NCBI RefSeq assembly: GCF_003018255.1
Contig: NZ_CP027440.1
Strand: one strand, 5' to 3'
Origin: Escherichia coli
GTDB taxonomy: Bacteria > Pseudomonadota > Gammaproteobacteria > Enterobacterales > Enterobacteriaceae
Length of the DNA stretch: 64,000 bases
Below, piece by piece: positions 42,385-53,734 of this stretch (positions within the stretch are counted from its first letter, which is position 1; each line of letters starts with the position of its first letter). The notes under the pieces were generated by a model, which searched no databases, was not told the origin of the DNA, and saw only the letters and a program-made list of their open reading frames with translations. The position numbers and the translations under genes are program-made.

Positions 42385-43155
42385 TTATTTTTTAAAGGTA
42401 TCAGCCAGTTTCTGAGTGGCAGAGCGGAAGACGCCGAGATCGCTGCCGACAGCCACAAACGTCGCGCCCCATTCCAGATAACGACGCGCATCGGCTTCGA
42501 CCGGCGCGAGGATACCGCTGGGTTTGCCGTGCGCGCTGGCACGGTTAAAAATGTGCTGAATTGCTTTTTGTACATCCGGGTGTGAGGCATTGCCGAGATG
42601 GCCTAATGCCGCAGCCAGATCGCTGGGGCCGACGAAGATACCGTCTACACCTTCGGTAGCGGCAATGGCATCGACGTTATCTACGCCCTGCTGACTTTCT
42701 ATCTGGACCAGAATAGTGATGTTCTTGTTCGACTGAGCGAAATAATCCGCCACGGTGCCAAACATATTGGCGCGGTGAGAAACGGAGACGCCGCGAATGC
42801 CTTCCGGCGGGTAACGAGTTGATGCCACCGCCTGCTCTGCTTCCTCTTTTGTTTCTACAAAAGGAATCAGGAAGTTATAGAAACCGATATCCAGAAGACG
42901 CTTAATAATTACCGGCTCGTTGGTCGGCACTCGCACTACTGGCGCGCTGGCGCTGCCTTTCAGGGCCATTAACTGCGGAATAAACGTGGAGATATCGTTT
43001 GGCGCATGTTCGCCATCCAGCACCAGCCAGTCAAACCCAGCCAAACCAAGAACTTCAGTGCTAATCGGGTTAGAGAGTGCTGACCAGCAACCAATTTGTA
43101 CCTGTTTCGCAGCCAGTGCGGCTTTGAATTTATTCGGGAAAACATCGTTATTCAT
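42385..43155 (-). CDS. garL: 5-keto-4-deoxy-D-glucarate aldolase
   Basis: 256-aa ORF. Confidence 0.9.
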
Positions 43156-43170
43156 CGCTTATACCTTTGC

Positions 43171-44505
43171 TTATTTCTGCAATTCCATACGTTTAATGTC
43201 GCCAACTACGAAGAGGTAGCAGACCATCGCCATCAGCGCTGAACATCCCACGAAAACCAGTGCTGCATTGAAGGAGTGCAATTCACTTACCAGGTAGCCA
43301 ATCACCAGTGGAGTGACAATGGAGGCAACATTGCCAAAGACGTTAAAGACGCCGCCGCAGAGACCAACAATCTCTTTCGGCGCGGTGTCAGAAATCACTG
43401 GCCAGCCCAGCGCACCAAATCCTTTGCCAAAGAAAGCCAGCGCCATCAGCATGACCACCAGCGTGGTGTTGTTGGTGTAGTTACATAAGATGATGGTGGA
43501 AGCCAGCAACATTCCCAGCACAATCGGTAGCTTACGTGCCAGGGTCAGGGACAAACCGCGTTTGATCAGATAATCCGAGAAGACACCTCCCAGCACGCCG
43601 CCCGCAAAGCCACACAGTGCCGGAATCGAGGCGACCAGACCCACTTTCAGAATCGACATGCCTTTTTCCTGCACCAGATAAATTGGGAACCAAGTGAGGA
43701 AGAACCAGGTAATGGTGTTGATAAAATATTGTCCGAAAAATACGCCCAGCATCATGCGGTTAGAGAGCAATTGCTTGATGTAATGCAGTTTGGGACCACT
43801 TGCTGCCACACTGCCCGGCTTTTTGTGGTCCATATCGACCACCGCGCCATTTTCTGAGATAAACTTCAGCTCTTCCGCAGACATACGTGGGTGATCTGTC
43901 GGGTTATGAATCAACTTGATCCACAGCGCCGTCAGCACAAAACCAATTACCCCCATAACGGTAAAGACGTGCTCCCAGCCCCAGGCGAAAGTCAGCCAGC
44001 CAAGCAGCGGCGAAAAGAGCGCCAACGAGAAATATTGCGCCGAGTTAAAGATGGCGGAGGCAGTACCACGTTCTTTCGTCGGGAACCAGGCGGCGACAAT
44101 ACGGGCGTTCGCCGGGAATGATGGCGCTTCCGAGAACCCCAGCATAAAGCGCATAAAGAACATGGAGATCCCAGCCCAGGCCAGCGGAAACATATCGACA
44201 AAGCCTTGCAGGAAGGTGAACAGCGACCAGAAAAAGAGGCTGTAAGTGTAAACTTTCTTCGAGCCAAACTTATCAAGCAGCCAGCCGCCGGGAATTTGCA
44301 TCAGCAAGTAGGCCCAGCCAAAAGCAGAGAAGATGTAACCCATCGAAACCGCACTTAACTGCAACTCTTTTGCCACTTCGGTACCAGCAATAGACAGCGT
44401 TGCACGATCGGCGTAGTTAACGGCGGTAACAATAAAAATAATCAGTAATATTAAATAGCGGGTATGCACGCCTTTCTTTTTTTCGTCAACGGTGTCCAGC
44501 ATCAT
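43171..44505 (-). CDS. garP: Galactarate/glucarate transporter (MFS)
   Basis: 444-aa membrane ORF. Confidence 0.9.
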   Translation of the reverse strand: MMLDTVDEKKKGVHTRYLILLIIFIVTAVNYADRATLSIAGTEVAKELQLSAVSMGYIFSAFGWAYLLMQIPGGWLLDKFGSKKVYTYSLFFWSLFTFLQGFVDMFPLAWAGISMFFMRFMLGFSEAPSFPANARIVAAWFPTKERGTASAIFNSAQYFSLALFSPLLGWLTFAWGWEHVFTVMGVIGFVLTALWIKLIHNPTDHPRMSAEELKFISENGAVVDMDHKKPGSVAASGPKLHYIKQLLSNRMMLGVFFGQYFINTITWFFLTWFPIYLVQEKGMSILKVGLVASIPALCGFAGGVLGGVFSDYLIKRGLSLTLARKLPIVLGMLLASTIILCNYTNNTTLVVMLMALAFFGKGFGALGWPVISDTAPKEIVGLCGGVFNVFGNVASIVTPLVIGYLVSELHSFNAALVFVGCSALMAMVCYLFVVGDIKRMELQK

Positions 44506-44879
44506 TTTATTTACCTCGGGTACTTATGCTGATTTTTATTATTATGGGGAAGGTGTTATTTATGAGTTTCATTTATGCCGTTACGACAATGAACTCGGGA
44601 ATTAGTATAAGCAGCGCGAGAATAATAATCATTGTGCAAATGCTAATTTAATTAATACTATTTAAATATTATTTTGAGCATATGCACATAAGGTTGCGCG
44701 CTAAAGCACAGATTTGCGCTTTACCTTGCCGGGAGGTACTGCAATCCCTGAAATGATTGACATTGATCACATTTCTGCATTTAAACTCCTGACATTCTTA
44801 TTTCACCCAATGAAGTTATTTATTTTTAAATGAGACCAGGTCCTCATTTTAATAGTCCCTGGCTGGAGAATATTGCACA

Positions 44880-46451
44880 ATGGCCAACATCAAAATCAGA
44901 CAAGAAACGCCAACTGCGTTTTATATAAAAGTTCACGACACAGATAATGTGGCAATTATTGTTAATGATAATGGCCTGAAAGCAGGAACGCGTTTTCCGG
45001 ATGGGCTGGAATTAATTGAACATATTCCCCAGGGGCATAAAGTCGCATTGCTGGACATTCCGGCTAATGGTGAAATTATTCGTTATGGCGAGGTGATTGG
45101 TTACGCCGTGCGCGCAATCCCACGCGGAAGCTGGATCGACGAATCAATGGTTGTACTACCGGAAGCGCCGCCGTTACATACGCTGCCACTGGCAACCAAA
45201 GTCCCGGAACCCTTACCGCCGCTGGAAGGATACACCTTTGAGGGCTATCGCAATGCCGATGGCAGCGTGGGCACCAAAAACCTGCTCGGCATCACCACCA
45301 GCGTCCACTGTGTGGCAGGCGTGGTGGACTACGTAGTAAAAATCATTGAACGCGATCTGCTACCGAAATACCCGAACGTCGATGGCGTGGTGGGGCTGAA
45401 TCATTTGTACGGTTGTGGCGTGGCGATTAACGCACCCGCGGCAGTTGTACCTATTCGTACCATTCACAATATTTCGCTGAACCCTAACTTTGGCGGCGAA
45501 GTAATGGTGATTGGTCTGGGTTGTGAAAAGTTGCAGCCTGAACGCCTACTGACTGGAACGGATGATGTGCAAGCTATTCCAGTAGAAAGCGCCAGCATTG
45601 TCAGTTTGCAGGATGAAAAGCATGTCGGTTTTCAGTCCATGGTCGAGGATATTTTGCAGGTCGCCGAATGCCATCTACAAAAACTGAATCAACGTCAGCG
45701 AGAAACCTGTCCGGCTTCAGAACTGGTTGTCGGCATGCAGTGCGGTGGCAGCGATGCGTTTTCTGGCGTAACGGCAAACCCGGCGGTTGGGTATGCGTCT
45801 GATCTATTGGTGCGCTGCGGCGCAACGGTGATGTTTTCAGAAGTCACAGAAGTGCGTGACGCGATACATCTGCTGACACCACGCGCAGTGAACGAAGAGG
45901 TCGGCAAACGGCTGCTGGAGGAGATGGAGTGGTACGATAATTATCTCAATATGGGAAAAACCGATCGCAGCGCCAACCCTTCGCCGGGGAACAAGAAAGG
46001 CGGTCTGGCAAATGTGGTGGAGAAGGCACTCGGCTCCATTGCTAAATCGGGTAAAAGTGCAATTGTTGAAGTGCTGTCGCCCGGCCAACGCCCGACTAAA
46101 CGCGGATTAATTTACGCCGCGACGCCAGCCAGCGATTTTGTCTGTGGCACGCAACAGGTGGCTTCGGGTATCACCGTGCAAGTGTTTACGACCGGTCGTG
46201 GTACGCCGTACGGCCTGATGGCGGTACCCGTCATTAAAATGGCGACCCGCACCGAGCTGGCGAACCGCTGGTTTGATTTAATGGATATTAACGCGGGCAC
46301 TATCGCTACCGGCGAAGAAACCATTGAAGAAGTGGGCTGGAAGTTGTTTCACTTTATTCTCGACGTCGCCAGCGGGAAGAAGAAAACTTTCTCGGATCAA
46401 TGGGGACTGCATAACCAGCTGGCGGTGTTTAACCCGGCACCGGTGACCTGA
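44880..46451 (+). CDS. garD: Galactarate dehydratase
   Basis: 523-aa ORF; paralogous to UxaA on the same window. Confidence 0.9.
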   Translation: MANIKIRQETPTAFYIKVHDTDNVAIIVNDNGLKAGTRFPDGLELIEHIPQGHKVALLDIPANGEIIRYGEVIGYAVRAIPRGSWIDESMVVLPEAPPLHTLPLATKVPEPLPPLEGYTFEGYRNADGSVGTKNLLGITTSVHCVAGVVDYVVKIIERDLLPKYPNVDGVVGLNHLYGCGVAINAPAAVVPIRTIHNISLNPNFGGEVMVIGLGCEKLQPERLLTGTDDVQAIPVESASIVSLQDEKHVGFQSMVEDILQVAECHLQKLNQRQRETCPASELVVGMQCGGSDAFSGVTANPAVGYASDLLVRCGATVMFSEVTEVRDAIHLLTPRAVNEEVGKRLLEEMEWYDNYLNMGKTDRSANPSPGNKKGGLANVVEKALGSIAKSGKSAIVEVLSPGQRPTKRGLIYAATPASDFVCGTQQVASGITVQVFTTGRGTPYGLMAVPVIKMATRTELANRWFDLMDINAGTIATGEETIEEVGWKLFHFILDVASGKKKTFSDQWGLHNQLAVFNPAPVT

Positions 46452-46471
46452 TTTCTTTTGGAACGTCCCTC

Positions 46472-46504
46472 GCAAAACATGGCCTTAGTGCCATGTTTTT
46501 ATTG
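46472..46504 (+). terminator. Rho-independent terminator after garD
   Basis: gcaaaacatggccttagtgccatgttttt. Confidence 0.75.
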
Positions 46505-46599
46505 TTTAAAGTCCACACATCCATTAATAATGCATTTGCATTACCTTAGTTCAAGCTTATAATTTGAGCAGAAAACAGGCTGTAAAAGGACAGTAAATA

Positions 46600-46935
46600 A
46601 TGCCCGCTAATGCTCGCTCTAACGCTGTACTGACCACTGAATCAAAGGTCACTATACGCGGACAAACAACTATCCCCGCGCCAGTGCGTGAGGCCTTAAA
46701 ACTGAAGCCTGGCCTGGACAGCATTCATTACGAAATTCTGCCTGGTGGGCAAGTATTTATGTGCCGACTGGGAGATGAACAGGAGGATCATACTATGAAT
46801 GCATTTTTGCGTTTTCTGGATGCAGATATCCAGAACAACCCGCAAAAAACTCGTCCATTCGACATTCAACAAGGAAAGAAACTTGTCGCTGGCATGGACG
46901 TCAACATTGACGATGAGATTGGCGACGACGAATAA
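46600..46935 (+). CDS. prlF: Antitoxin PrlF (SohA), AbrB/SpoVT-type
   Basis: 111-aa ORF ending with acidic tail DDEIGDDE. Confidence 0.85.
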   Translation: MPANARSNAVLTTESKVTIRGQTTIPAPVREALKLKPGLDSIHYEILPGGQVFMCRLGDEQEDHTMNAFLRFLDADIQNNPQKTRPFDIQQGKKLVAGMDVNIDDEIGDDE

Positions 46936-47399
46936 TGGATTTTCCACAAAGGGTTAATGGTTGGGCGCTATATGCTCATCCCTGTTTTCAGGAAACCTAC
47001 GATGCTTTAGTTGCCGAAGTCGAGGCATTAAAGGGAAAAGATCCTGAAAATTATCAGAGAAAAGCTGCCACAAAGTTATTGGCGGTGGTCCATAAAGTGA
47101 TTGAGGAGCATATCACGGTCAATCCATCATCACCGGCATTCCGTCATGGCAAGTCGTTAGGCTCTGGGAAAAATAAAGACTGGTCACTGGTAAAATTTGG
47201 CGCTGGTCGCTATCGTCTCTTCTTTCGTTACAGTGAAAAAGAGAAAGTCATCATTCTGGGATGGATGAACGATGAAAACACGCTGCGCACCTACGGTAAA
47301 AAAACAGATGCCTATACCGTATTCAGTAAAATGTTAAAAAGAGGACATCCTCCTGCCGACTGGGAAAGCCTCACCCAAGAGACAGAAGAAAACCATTGA
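46935..47399 (+). CDS. yhaV: Toxin YhaV (ribonuclease)
   Basis: 154-aa ORF immediately adjacent to prlF. Confidence 0.85.
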   Translation: MDFPQRVNGWALYAHPCFQETYDALVAEVEALKGKDPENYQRKAATKLLAVVHKVIEEHITVNPSSPAFRHGKSLGSGKNKDWSLVKFGAGRYRLFFRYSEKEKVIILGWMNDENTLRTYGKKTDAYTVFSKMLKRGHPPADWESLTQETEENH

Positions 47400-47410
47400 T
47401 GGTGTTCACA

Positions 47411-47448
47411 ATGCCCGCCGAACGCATTGGTGTTGACCAGCGGGCATC
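47411..47448. terminator. Hairpin between convergent yhaV and agaR
   Basis: atgcccgc...gcgggcat inverted repeat. Confidence 0.5.
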
Positions 47449-47453
47449 CTTTC

Positions 47454-48263
47454 TCATTCCCCGACCAGAATCACTTCAACCCCAGCCTTTCTCAGTCCTT
47501 CCAGACTATCCGCAGGAATGCCTTCATCAACAATGATCATGTCGATACGTTGAGTATCAATGATCTTATGTAAACTAGAACGATTGAACTTACTGGAATC
47601 GGTGACCACGATGATCCGTTCCGCAACTTCGCACATCCGACGGTTTAAACGGGCTTCATCTTCATTATGCGTGCTGACGCCACGCTCCAGATCAATAGCA
47701 TCTACACCAAGAAACAGCATATCGAAGTGGTAATTTTGCAGCGATTGCTCAGCCTGATCGCCATAAAAAGATTGTGACTGACGGCGCAAATGCCCGCCGG
47801 TCATCAGCAGCTCAACACCTTCCGCTTCCAGCAACGCATTAGCCACGTTCATACCGTTGGTCATCGCAATTACGTCGGTGTGCTTGCGCATCAGACGAGC
47901 AATCTCAAAAGTGGTAGTCCCGGAATCGAGGATTACCCGATGACCTGGCTGAATCAACTCAACGGCAGCTTTCGCAACGCTGCGTTTCATTGCGGTGTTC
48001 AGCGCGCTTTTATCTTCCACTGATGGCTCGACTGACGGCGTCGTGCTATCGCAGATCAACGCGCCGCCATAGGCACGCACAGCGATCCCCTGCTTTTCCA
48101 GAAACGCCAGATCGTTGCGGATCGTCACAGTAGATACACCATACAACGCCGATAGATCATTAACTTGCACACTTCCTTGCTGGCGCAGGCGTTGAATGAT
48201 CTGCTCTCGTCGCTCACTGGTGCCTGTCACTCGCTTCTCGCCTGAAGCGTCGGTATTACTCAT
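47454..48263 (-). CDS. agaR: DeoR-family repressor of the aga regulon
   Basis: 269-aa ORF with N-terminal HTH. Confidence 0.9.
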
Positions 48264-48269
48264 AGTAAG

Positions 48270-48480
48270 TCCTTTCGTAAAACTTTCGTTTCATTTCGTT
48301 TTGCCTATTAACGCCTTTCTATTAAGCAAATGCAAGCCCACCTTACCCATTGGCGCAAGCTACTCTCGTTTCAGTGGCTTTCATTATGTTTCTTTTGTGA
48401 ATCAGATCAGAAAACTATTATCTTTCGTTTTATTTTTATCTCACCATGACGCAGTATCAACTGAAACAAAACGAAAGATT
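48270..48480. promoter_or_regulatory. agaR / kbaZ divergent promoters with AgaR operator repeats
   Basis: Repeated CTTTCGTTT(C/T)ATTT-type motifs: aactttcgtttcatttcgttttgcc, ctttcgttttatttttatc, gaaacaaaacgaaagatt. Confidence 0.6.
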
Positions 48481-48511
48481 AATATCGCAGTAATCTGAAC
48501 TGGAGAGGAAA

Positions 48512-49792
48512 GTGAAACATCTGACAGAAATGGTGAGACAGCACAAAGCGGGCAAAACAAATGGGATTTATGCCGTTTGTTCCGCACATCCGCTGGTGCT
48601 GGAAGCTGCAATCCGCTACGCCAGTGCAAACCAAACGCCGTTACTGATTGAAGCAACCTCCAATCAGGTGGACCAGTTCGGCGGTTATACCGGAATGACA
48701 CCCGCCGATTTTCGCGGCTTTGTTTGTCAGCTAGCCGACTCGTTGAATTTCCCGCAGGATGCGCTGATTCTGGGTGGCGACCATCTGGGGCCAAACCGCT
48801 GGCAAAACCTGCCTGCCGCTCAGGCAATGGCCAATGCCGATGATTTGATTAAAAGCTACGTGGCGGCAGGATTCAAAAAAATTCACCTTGATTGCAGCAT
48901 GTCCTGTCAGGACGATCCGATTCCCTTAACTGATGATATCGTGGCTGAACGCGCCGCCCGTCTGGCGAAAGTGGCGGAAGAAACCTGCCGTGAACATTTT
49001 GGCGAGGCCGATCTGGTGTATGTCATTGGCACCGAAGTTCCGGTGCCTGGCGGCGCGCATGAAACCTTAAGCGAGCTGGCGGTCACCACACCGGATGCCG
49101 CCCGCGCCACACTGGAAGCCCATCGCCACGCCTTTGAAAAGCAGGGCCTGAATGCCATCTGGCCACGCATTATTGCCCTGGTGGTTCAACCCGGCGTCGA
49201 ATTCGATCACACCAACGTTATTGATTATCAGCCCGCCAAAGCGACCGCCTTAAGCCAGATGGTCGAAAACTACGAAACGCTGATTTTCGAAGCGCACTCT
49301 ACCGATTACCAAACACCGCAATCGCTGCGCCAGCTGGTGATTGACCACTTTGCCATTCTGAAAGTTGGCCCGGCGCTGACCTTTGCCCTGCGTGAAGCTC
49401 TGTTCTCTCTGGCGGCGATTGAAGAAGAACTGGTACCAGCAAAAGCCTGTTCTGGTCTGCGTCAGGTGCTGGAAAACGTGATGCTCGACCGCCCGGAATA
49501 CTGGCAAAGCCACTACCACGGTGACGGCAACGCGCGTCGTCTGGCGCGTGGTTACAGCTACTCGGACCGCGTGCGCTATTACTGGCCAGACAGCCAGATT
49601 GATGACGCTTTCGCTCATCTGGTTCGTAATCTGGCGGATTCACCAATTCCGCTGCCGCTGATCAGCCAGTATCTGCCGCTGCAGTACGTGAAAGTTCGCT
49701 CCGGCGAGCTGCAGCCAACGCTACGGGAACTCATTATCAACCATATTCAGGACATCCTGGCGCAGTACCACACAGCCTGTGAAGGCCAATAA
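48512..49792 (+). CDS. kbaZ: Tagatose-bisphosphate aldolase non-catalytic subunit
   Basis: 426-aa ORF, GTG start. Confidence 0.85.
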   Translation: MKHLTEMVRQHKAGKTNGIYAVCSAHPLVLEAAIRYASANQTPLLIEATSNQVDQFGGYTGMTPADFRGFVCQLADSLNFPQDALILGGDHLGPNRWQNLPAAQAMANADDLIKSYVAAGFKKIHLDCSMSCQDDPIPLTDDIVAERAARLAKVAEETCREHFGEADLVYVIGTEVPVPGGAHETLSELAVTTPDAARATLEAHRHAFEKQGLNAIWPRIIALVVQPGVEFDHTNVIDYQPAKATALSQMVENYETLIFEAHSTDYQTPQSLRQLVIDHFAILKVGPALTFALREALFSLAAIEEELVPAKACSGLRQVLENVMLDRPEYWQSHYHGDGNARRLARGYSYSDRVRYYWPDSQIDDAFAHLVRNLADSPIPLPLISQYLPLQYVKVRSGELQPTLRELIINHIQDILAQYHTACEGQ

Positions 49793-49814
49793 GCAAAACA
49801 AAGAGGAACACGCT

Positions 49815-50288
49815 ATGCCAAATATTGTTTTAAGCCGGATTGATGAACGCTTGATTCACGGTCAGGTTGGCGTTCAGTGGGTCGGATTTGCGGGGGCAAA
49901 TCTGGTGCTGGTAGCCAACGATGAGGTTGCCGAAGATCCGGTACAACAAAACCTGATGGAAATGGTACTGGCAGAAGGGATCGCCGTACGTTTCTGGACG
50001 CTGCAAAAAGTTATCGACAACATTCATCGCGCCGCCGATCGACAGAAAATCCTGCTGGTTTGTAAAACACCTGCCGATTTCCTGACGCTGGTGAAAGGTG
50101 GCGTTCCGGTGAATCGCATTAACGTTGGCAATATGCACTACGCCAATGGCAAGCAACAAATCGCCAAAACGGTTTCTGTAGATGCGGGCGATATCGCAGC
50201 ATTTAACGACCTGAAAGCCGCTGGAGTGGAATGCTTCGTTCAGGGCGTCCCGACAGAGCCTGCTGTGGACCTCTTTAAATTACTTTGA
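49815..50288 (+). CDS. agaV: PTS GalNAc-specific EIIB
   Basis: 157 aa from MPNIVLSRIDERLIHGQ. Confidence 0.85.
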   Translation: MPNIVLSRIDERLIHGQVGVQWVGFAGANLVLVANDEVAEDPVQQNLMEMVLAEGIAVRFWTLQKVIDNIHRAADRQKILLVCKTPADFLTLVKGGVPVNRINVGNMHYANGKQQIAKTVSVDAGDIAAFNDLKAAGVECFVQGVPTEPAVDLFKLL

Positions 50289-50298
50289 GGGATTCATC

Positions 50299-51078
50299 AT
50301 GGAAATCAGTCTGTTGCAGGCATTCGCGTTGGGCATTATCGCCTTTATCGCTGGCCTGGATATGTTTAACGGCCTAACCCATATGCACCGCCCGGTGGTC
50401 CTCGGCCCGTTGGTCGGGCTGGTACTTGGCGATCTGCATACCGGTATTTTAACCGGCGGTACGCTGGAACTGGTGTGGATGGGGCTGGCCCCGCTGGCGG
50501 GCGCACAGCCGCCTAACGTGATTATCGGTACTATCGTCGGCACGGCGTTTGCCATTACTACTGGCGTGAAACCCGATGTTGCAGTCGGTGTCGCCGTACC
50601 TTTCGCTGTCGCAGTACAGATGGGGATTACCTTCCTGTTCTCGGTGATGTCTGGCGTAATGTCCCGCTGTGACCGGATGGCAGAGAACGCCGATACACGC
50701 GGCATTGAACGCGTGAACTATCTGGCACTGCTGGCACTCGGCACTTTCTATTTTCTCTGCGCTTTCCTGCCTATCTACTTCGGCGCGGAACATGCAAAAA
50801 CCATCATTGATGTCCTACCGCAACGATTAATCGACGGCCTCGGCGTCGCGGGCGGCATCATGCCAGCAATCGGTTTTGCCGTGCTGCTGAAAATCATGAT
50901 GAAAAACGTCTACATCCCCTACTTCATCCTGGGCTTTGTTGCCGCAGCCTGGCTCAAGTTACCGGTGCTGGCTATTGCTGCCGCCGCGCTGGCGATGGCG
51001 CTGATCGACCTGCTGCGTAAATCTCCTGAACCGACTCAACCTGCGGCACAGAAAGAGGAATTTGAAGATGGCATCTAA
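50299..51078 (+). CDS. agaW: PTS GalNAc-specific EIIC (full length)
   Basis: 259-aa ORF. Confidence 0.85.
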   Translation: MEISLLQAFALGIIAFIAGLDMFNGLTHMHRPVVLGPLVGLVLGDLHTGILTGGTLELVWMGLAPLAGAQPPNVIIGTIVGTAFAITTGVKPDVAVGVAVPFAVAVQMGITFLFSVMSGVMSRCDRMAENADTRGIERVNYLALLALGTFYFLCAFLPIYFGAEHAKTIIDVLPQRLIDGLGVAGGIMPAIGFAVLLKIMMKNVYIPYFILGFVAAAWLKLPVLAIAAAALAMALIDLLRKSPEPTQPAAQKEEFEDGI

Positions 51079-51946
51079 TCAAACCACCCTGCCGAACGTC
51101 AGTGAAAACGAAGAAACACTGCTGACAGGCGTCAATGAAAACGTGTATGAAGATCAGAGCATTGGCGCAGAGCTGACGAAAAAAGATATCAACCGCGTCG
51201 CCTGGCGTTCCATGCTGTTACAAGCGTCTTTTAACTACGAACGTATGCAGGCTTCTGGCTGGTTGTACGGTCTGCTGCCTGCTCTGAAAAAGATCCACAC
51301 TAATAAACGCGACCTGGCGCGCGCCATGAAGGGGCATATGGGTTTCTTCAATACCCATCCGTTTCTGGTGACGTTTGTTATCGGCATTATCCTTGCGATG
51401 GAGCGTTCTAAGCAGGACGTTAACAGTATTCAGAGCACCAAAATTGCCGTCGGTGCGCCGCTCGGCGGGATTGGCGATGCGATGTTCTGGCTAACGCTAC
51501 TGCCGATTTGTGGCGGGATAGGCGCAAGCCTCGCGCTACAAGGCTCTATTCTTGGCGCAGTCGTCTTTATTGTGCTGTTCAACGTGGTACACCTGGGGCT
51601 GCGTTTTGGTCTGGCGCATTATGCTTACCGCATGGGCGTGGCGGCGATTCCACTCATTAAAGCGAATACCAAAAAAGTCGGCCATGCTGCGTCAATCGTT
51701 GGGATGACGGTAATCGGCGCGCTGGTGGCAACCTATGTTCGTTTAAGCACCACGCTGGAAATCACCGCTGGCGACGCAGTGGTTAAGTTACAGGCTGATG
51801 TTATCGACAAACTGATGCCAGCCTTCTTACCGCTGGTCTACACCCTGACCATGTTCTGGCTGGTACGCCGCGGCTGGAGTCCGCTGCGCCTGATTGCAGT
51901 GACCGTGGTTCTCGGCATCGTCGGTAAATTCTGCCATTTCCTTTAA
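51068..51946 (+). CDS. agaE: PTS GalNAc-specific EIID
   Basis: Start MASNQ overlapping agaW end by 11 nt, same architecture as agaC/agaD. Confidence 0.8.
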   Translation: MASNQTTLPNVSENEETLLTGVNENVYEDQSIGAELTKKDINRVAWRSMLLQASFNYERMQASGWLYGLLPALKKIHTNKRDLARAMKGHMGFFNTHPFLVTFVIGIILAMERSKQDVNSIQSTKIAVGAPLGGIGDAMFWLTLLPICGGIGASLALQGSILGAVVFIVLFNVVHLGLRFGLAHYAYRMGVAAIPLIKANTKKVGHAASIVGMTVIGALVATYVRLSTTLEITAGDAVVKLQADVIDKLMPAFLPLVYTLTMFWLVRRGWSPLRLIAVTVVLGIVGKFCHFL

Positions 51947-51963
51947 ATACAATGAGGTATTAG

Positions 51964-52398
51964 ATGTTAAGTATTATTTTGACAGGGCATGGCGGGTTTG
52001 CCAGTGGCATGGAAAAAGCAATGAAGCAAATCCTCGGCGAGCAATCGCAGTTTATTGCCATCGATTTTCCGGAAACCTCAAGCACCGCGCTGCTTACATC
52101 GCAGCTTGAAGAGGCCATCGCCCAACTGGATTGTGAAGACGGCATTGTTTTTCTGACGGATTTGCTGGGCGGCACGCCGTTTCGCGTAGCTTCAACGCTG
52201 GCGATGCAAAAACTGGGCTGTGAAGTGATTACCGGCACCAATTTGCAACTGCTACTGGAGATGGTGCTGGAGCGCGAAGGGTTAAGCGGTGAAGAGTTTC
52301 GTGTGCAGGCGCTGGAGTGTGGACATCGTGGGCTGACCAGTCTGGTGGACGAGTTAGGCCGCTGCCATGAGGAATGTCCGGTCGAGGAAGGAATATGA
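51964..52398 (+). CDS. agaF: PTS GalNAc/GalN EIIA
   Basis: 144-aa ORF. Confidence 0.8.
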   Translation: MLSIILTGHGGFASGMEKAMKQILGEQSQFIAIDFPETSSTALLTSQLEEAIAQLDCEDGIVFLTDLLGGTPFRVASTLAMQKLGCEVITGTNLQLLLEMVLEREGLSGEEFRVQALECGHRGLTSLVDELGRCHEECPVEEGI

Positions 52399-53528
52399 CA
52401 CCCGTTTTGCGCGCCAGAAGGCTGCTGACTGAAGAGGGATGGCTCGATGACCATCAGTTGCGTATTGCTGACGGTGTAATCGCAGAAATCGAACCGATTC
52501 CAGTGGGCGTGACTGAACGCGATGCGGAACTGCTCTGCCCCGCTTACATCGACACCCATGTACACGGTGGTGCGGGCGTTGATGTAATGGATGACGCGCT
52601 GGATGTGCTCGACAAGCTGGCAATGCACAAAGCACGCGAAGGTGTCGGCAGTTGGTTACCGACCACCGTAACCGCGCCGCTTAATACCATTCATGCGGCG
52701 CTGGAACGTATTGCTCAACGTTGCCAACGCGGCGGACCTGGTGCACAAATACTGGGGAGTTATCTCGAAGGACCGTACTTCACGCCGCAGAATAAAGGCG
52801 CGCATCCGCCGGAGCTGTTTCGCGAGCTGGAAATTGCCGAGCTGGATCAATTGATTGCCGTTTCTCAGCACACCTTGCGCGTGGTGGCGCTGGCACCGGA
52901 AAAAGAAGGGGCATTGCAGGCCATCCGCCATCTTAAACAGCAAAACGTAAGGGTGATGCTGGGGCATAGCGCGGCGACCTGGCAACAAACCCGCGCCGCG
53001 TTTGATGCTGGTGCCGACGGCCTGGTGCATTGCTATAACGGGATGACAGGTTTACATCACCGCGAACCGGGAATGGTTGGCGCGGGATTAACGGACAAGC
53101 GCGCCTGGCTGGAACTGATAGCCGATGGTCATCATGTGCATCCGGCGGCGATGTCGCTGTGTTGTTGCTGTGCGAAAGAGAGAATCGTGCTGATCACCGA
53201 CGCGATGCAGGCAGCCGGGATGCCGGATGGTCGCTATACGTTATGTGGCGAAGAAGTGCAGATGCACGGTGGCGTTGTCCGTACCGCGTCCGGTGGGCTG
53301 GCGGGCAGTACGCTGTCTGTTGATGCGGCAGTGCGCAACATGGTTGAGTTGGCGGGTGTAACGCCTGCGGAAGCCATCCATATGGCATCGCTGCATCCGG
53401 CGCGTATGCTGGGTGTTGATGATGTTCTGGGATCGCTTAAACCGGGCAAACGCGCCAGCGTCGTTGCGCTGGATAGCGGGCTGCATGTGCAACAAATCTG
53501 GATTCAGGGTCAATTAGCTTCGTTTTGA
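52395..53528 (+). CDS. agaA: N-acetylgalactosamine-6-phosphate deacetylase (full length)
   Basis: ATG at 52395 overlapping agaF stop; 377 aa; metal-binding HVHGG motif. Confidence 0.85.
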   Translation: MTPVLRARRLLTEEGWLDDHQLRIADGVIAEIEPIPVGVTERDAELLCPAYIDTHVHGGAGVDVMDDALDVLDKLAMHKAREGVGSWLPTTVTAPLNTIHAALERIAQRCQRGGPGAQILGSYLEGPYFTPQNKGAHPPELFRELEIAELDQLIAVSQHTLRVVALAPEKEGALQAIRHLKQQNVRVMLGHSAATWQQTRAAFDAGADGLVHCYNGMTGLHHREPGMVGAGLTDKRAWLELIADGHHVHPAAMSLCCCCAKERIVLITDAMQAAGMPDGRYTLCGEEVQMHGGVVRTASGGLAGSTLSVDAAVRNMVELAGVTPAEAIHMASLHPARMLGVDDVLGSLKPGKRASVVALDSGLHVQQIWIQGQLASF

Positions 53529-53603
53529 TGGTTTGCTCCTTTATTGGGCCTTCACTTCCCCCGTAAGGCCTTTCTTTTTCTTTCGTTTTGATCTGTGCAG
53601 CGG

Positions 53604-53687
53604 TGTCGGATGCGACGCTAATGCGCCTTATCCGACCTACGGTTGGTGACCGTAAGGCCGGATAAAGTATTTACGCCGCATCCAGCA
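53604..53687. repeat. REP/BIME palindromic repeats
   Basis: gtgtcggatgcgacgctaatgcgccttatccgacctacgg and gtaaggccggataaagtatttacgccgcatccagc. Confidence 0.8.
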
Positions 53688-53734
53688 ATCCCTTTTACTT
53701 CCCTTGTCTTTTCTTTCAACGATCACAGATTTCG

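Noticed and set aside
48270-48480. CRISPR-like repeat array
   Set aside because: The repeats are short, degenerate, in both orientations and sit in a promoter region, with no cas genes nearby; they fit AgaR operators
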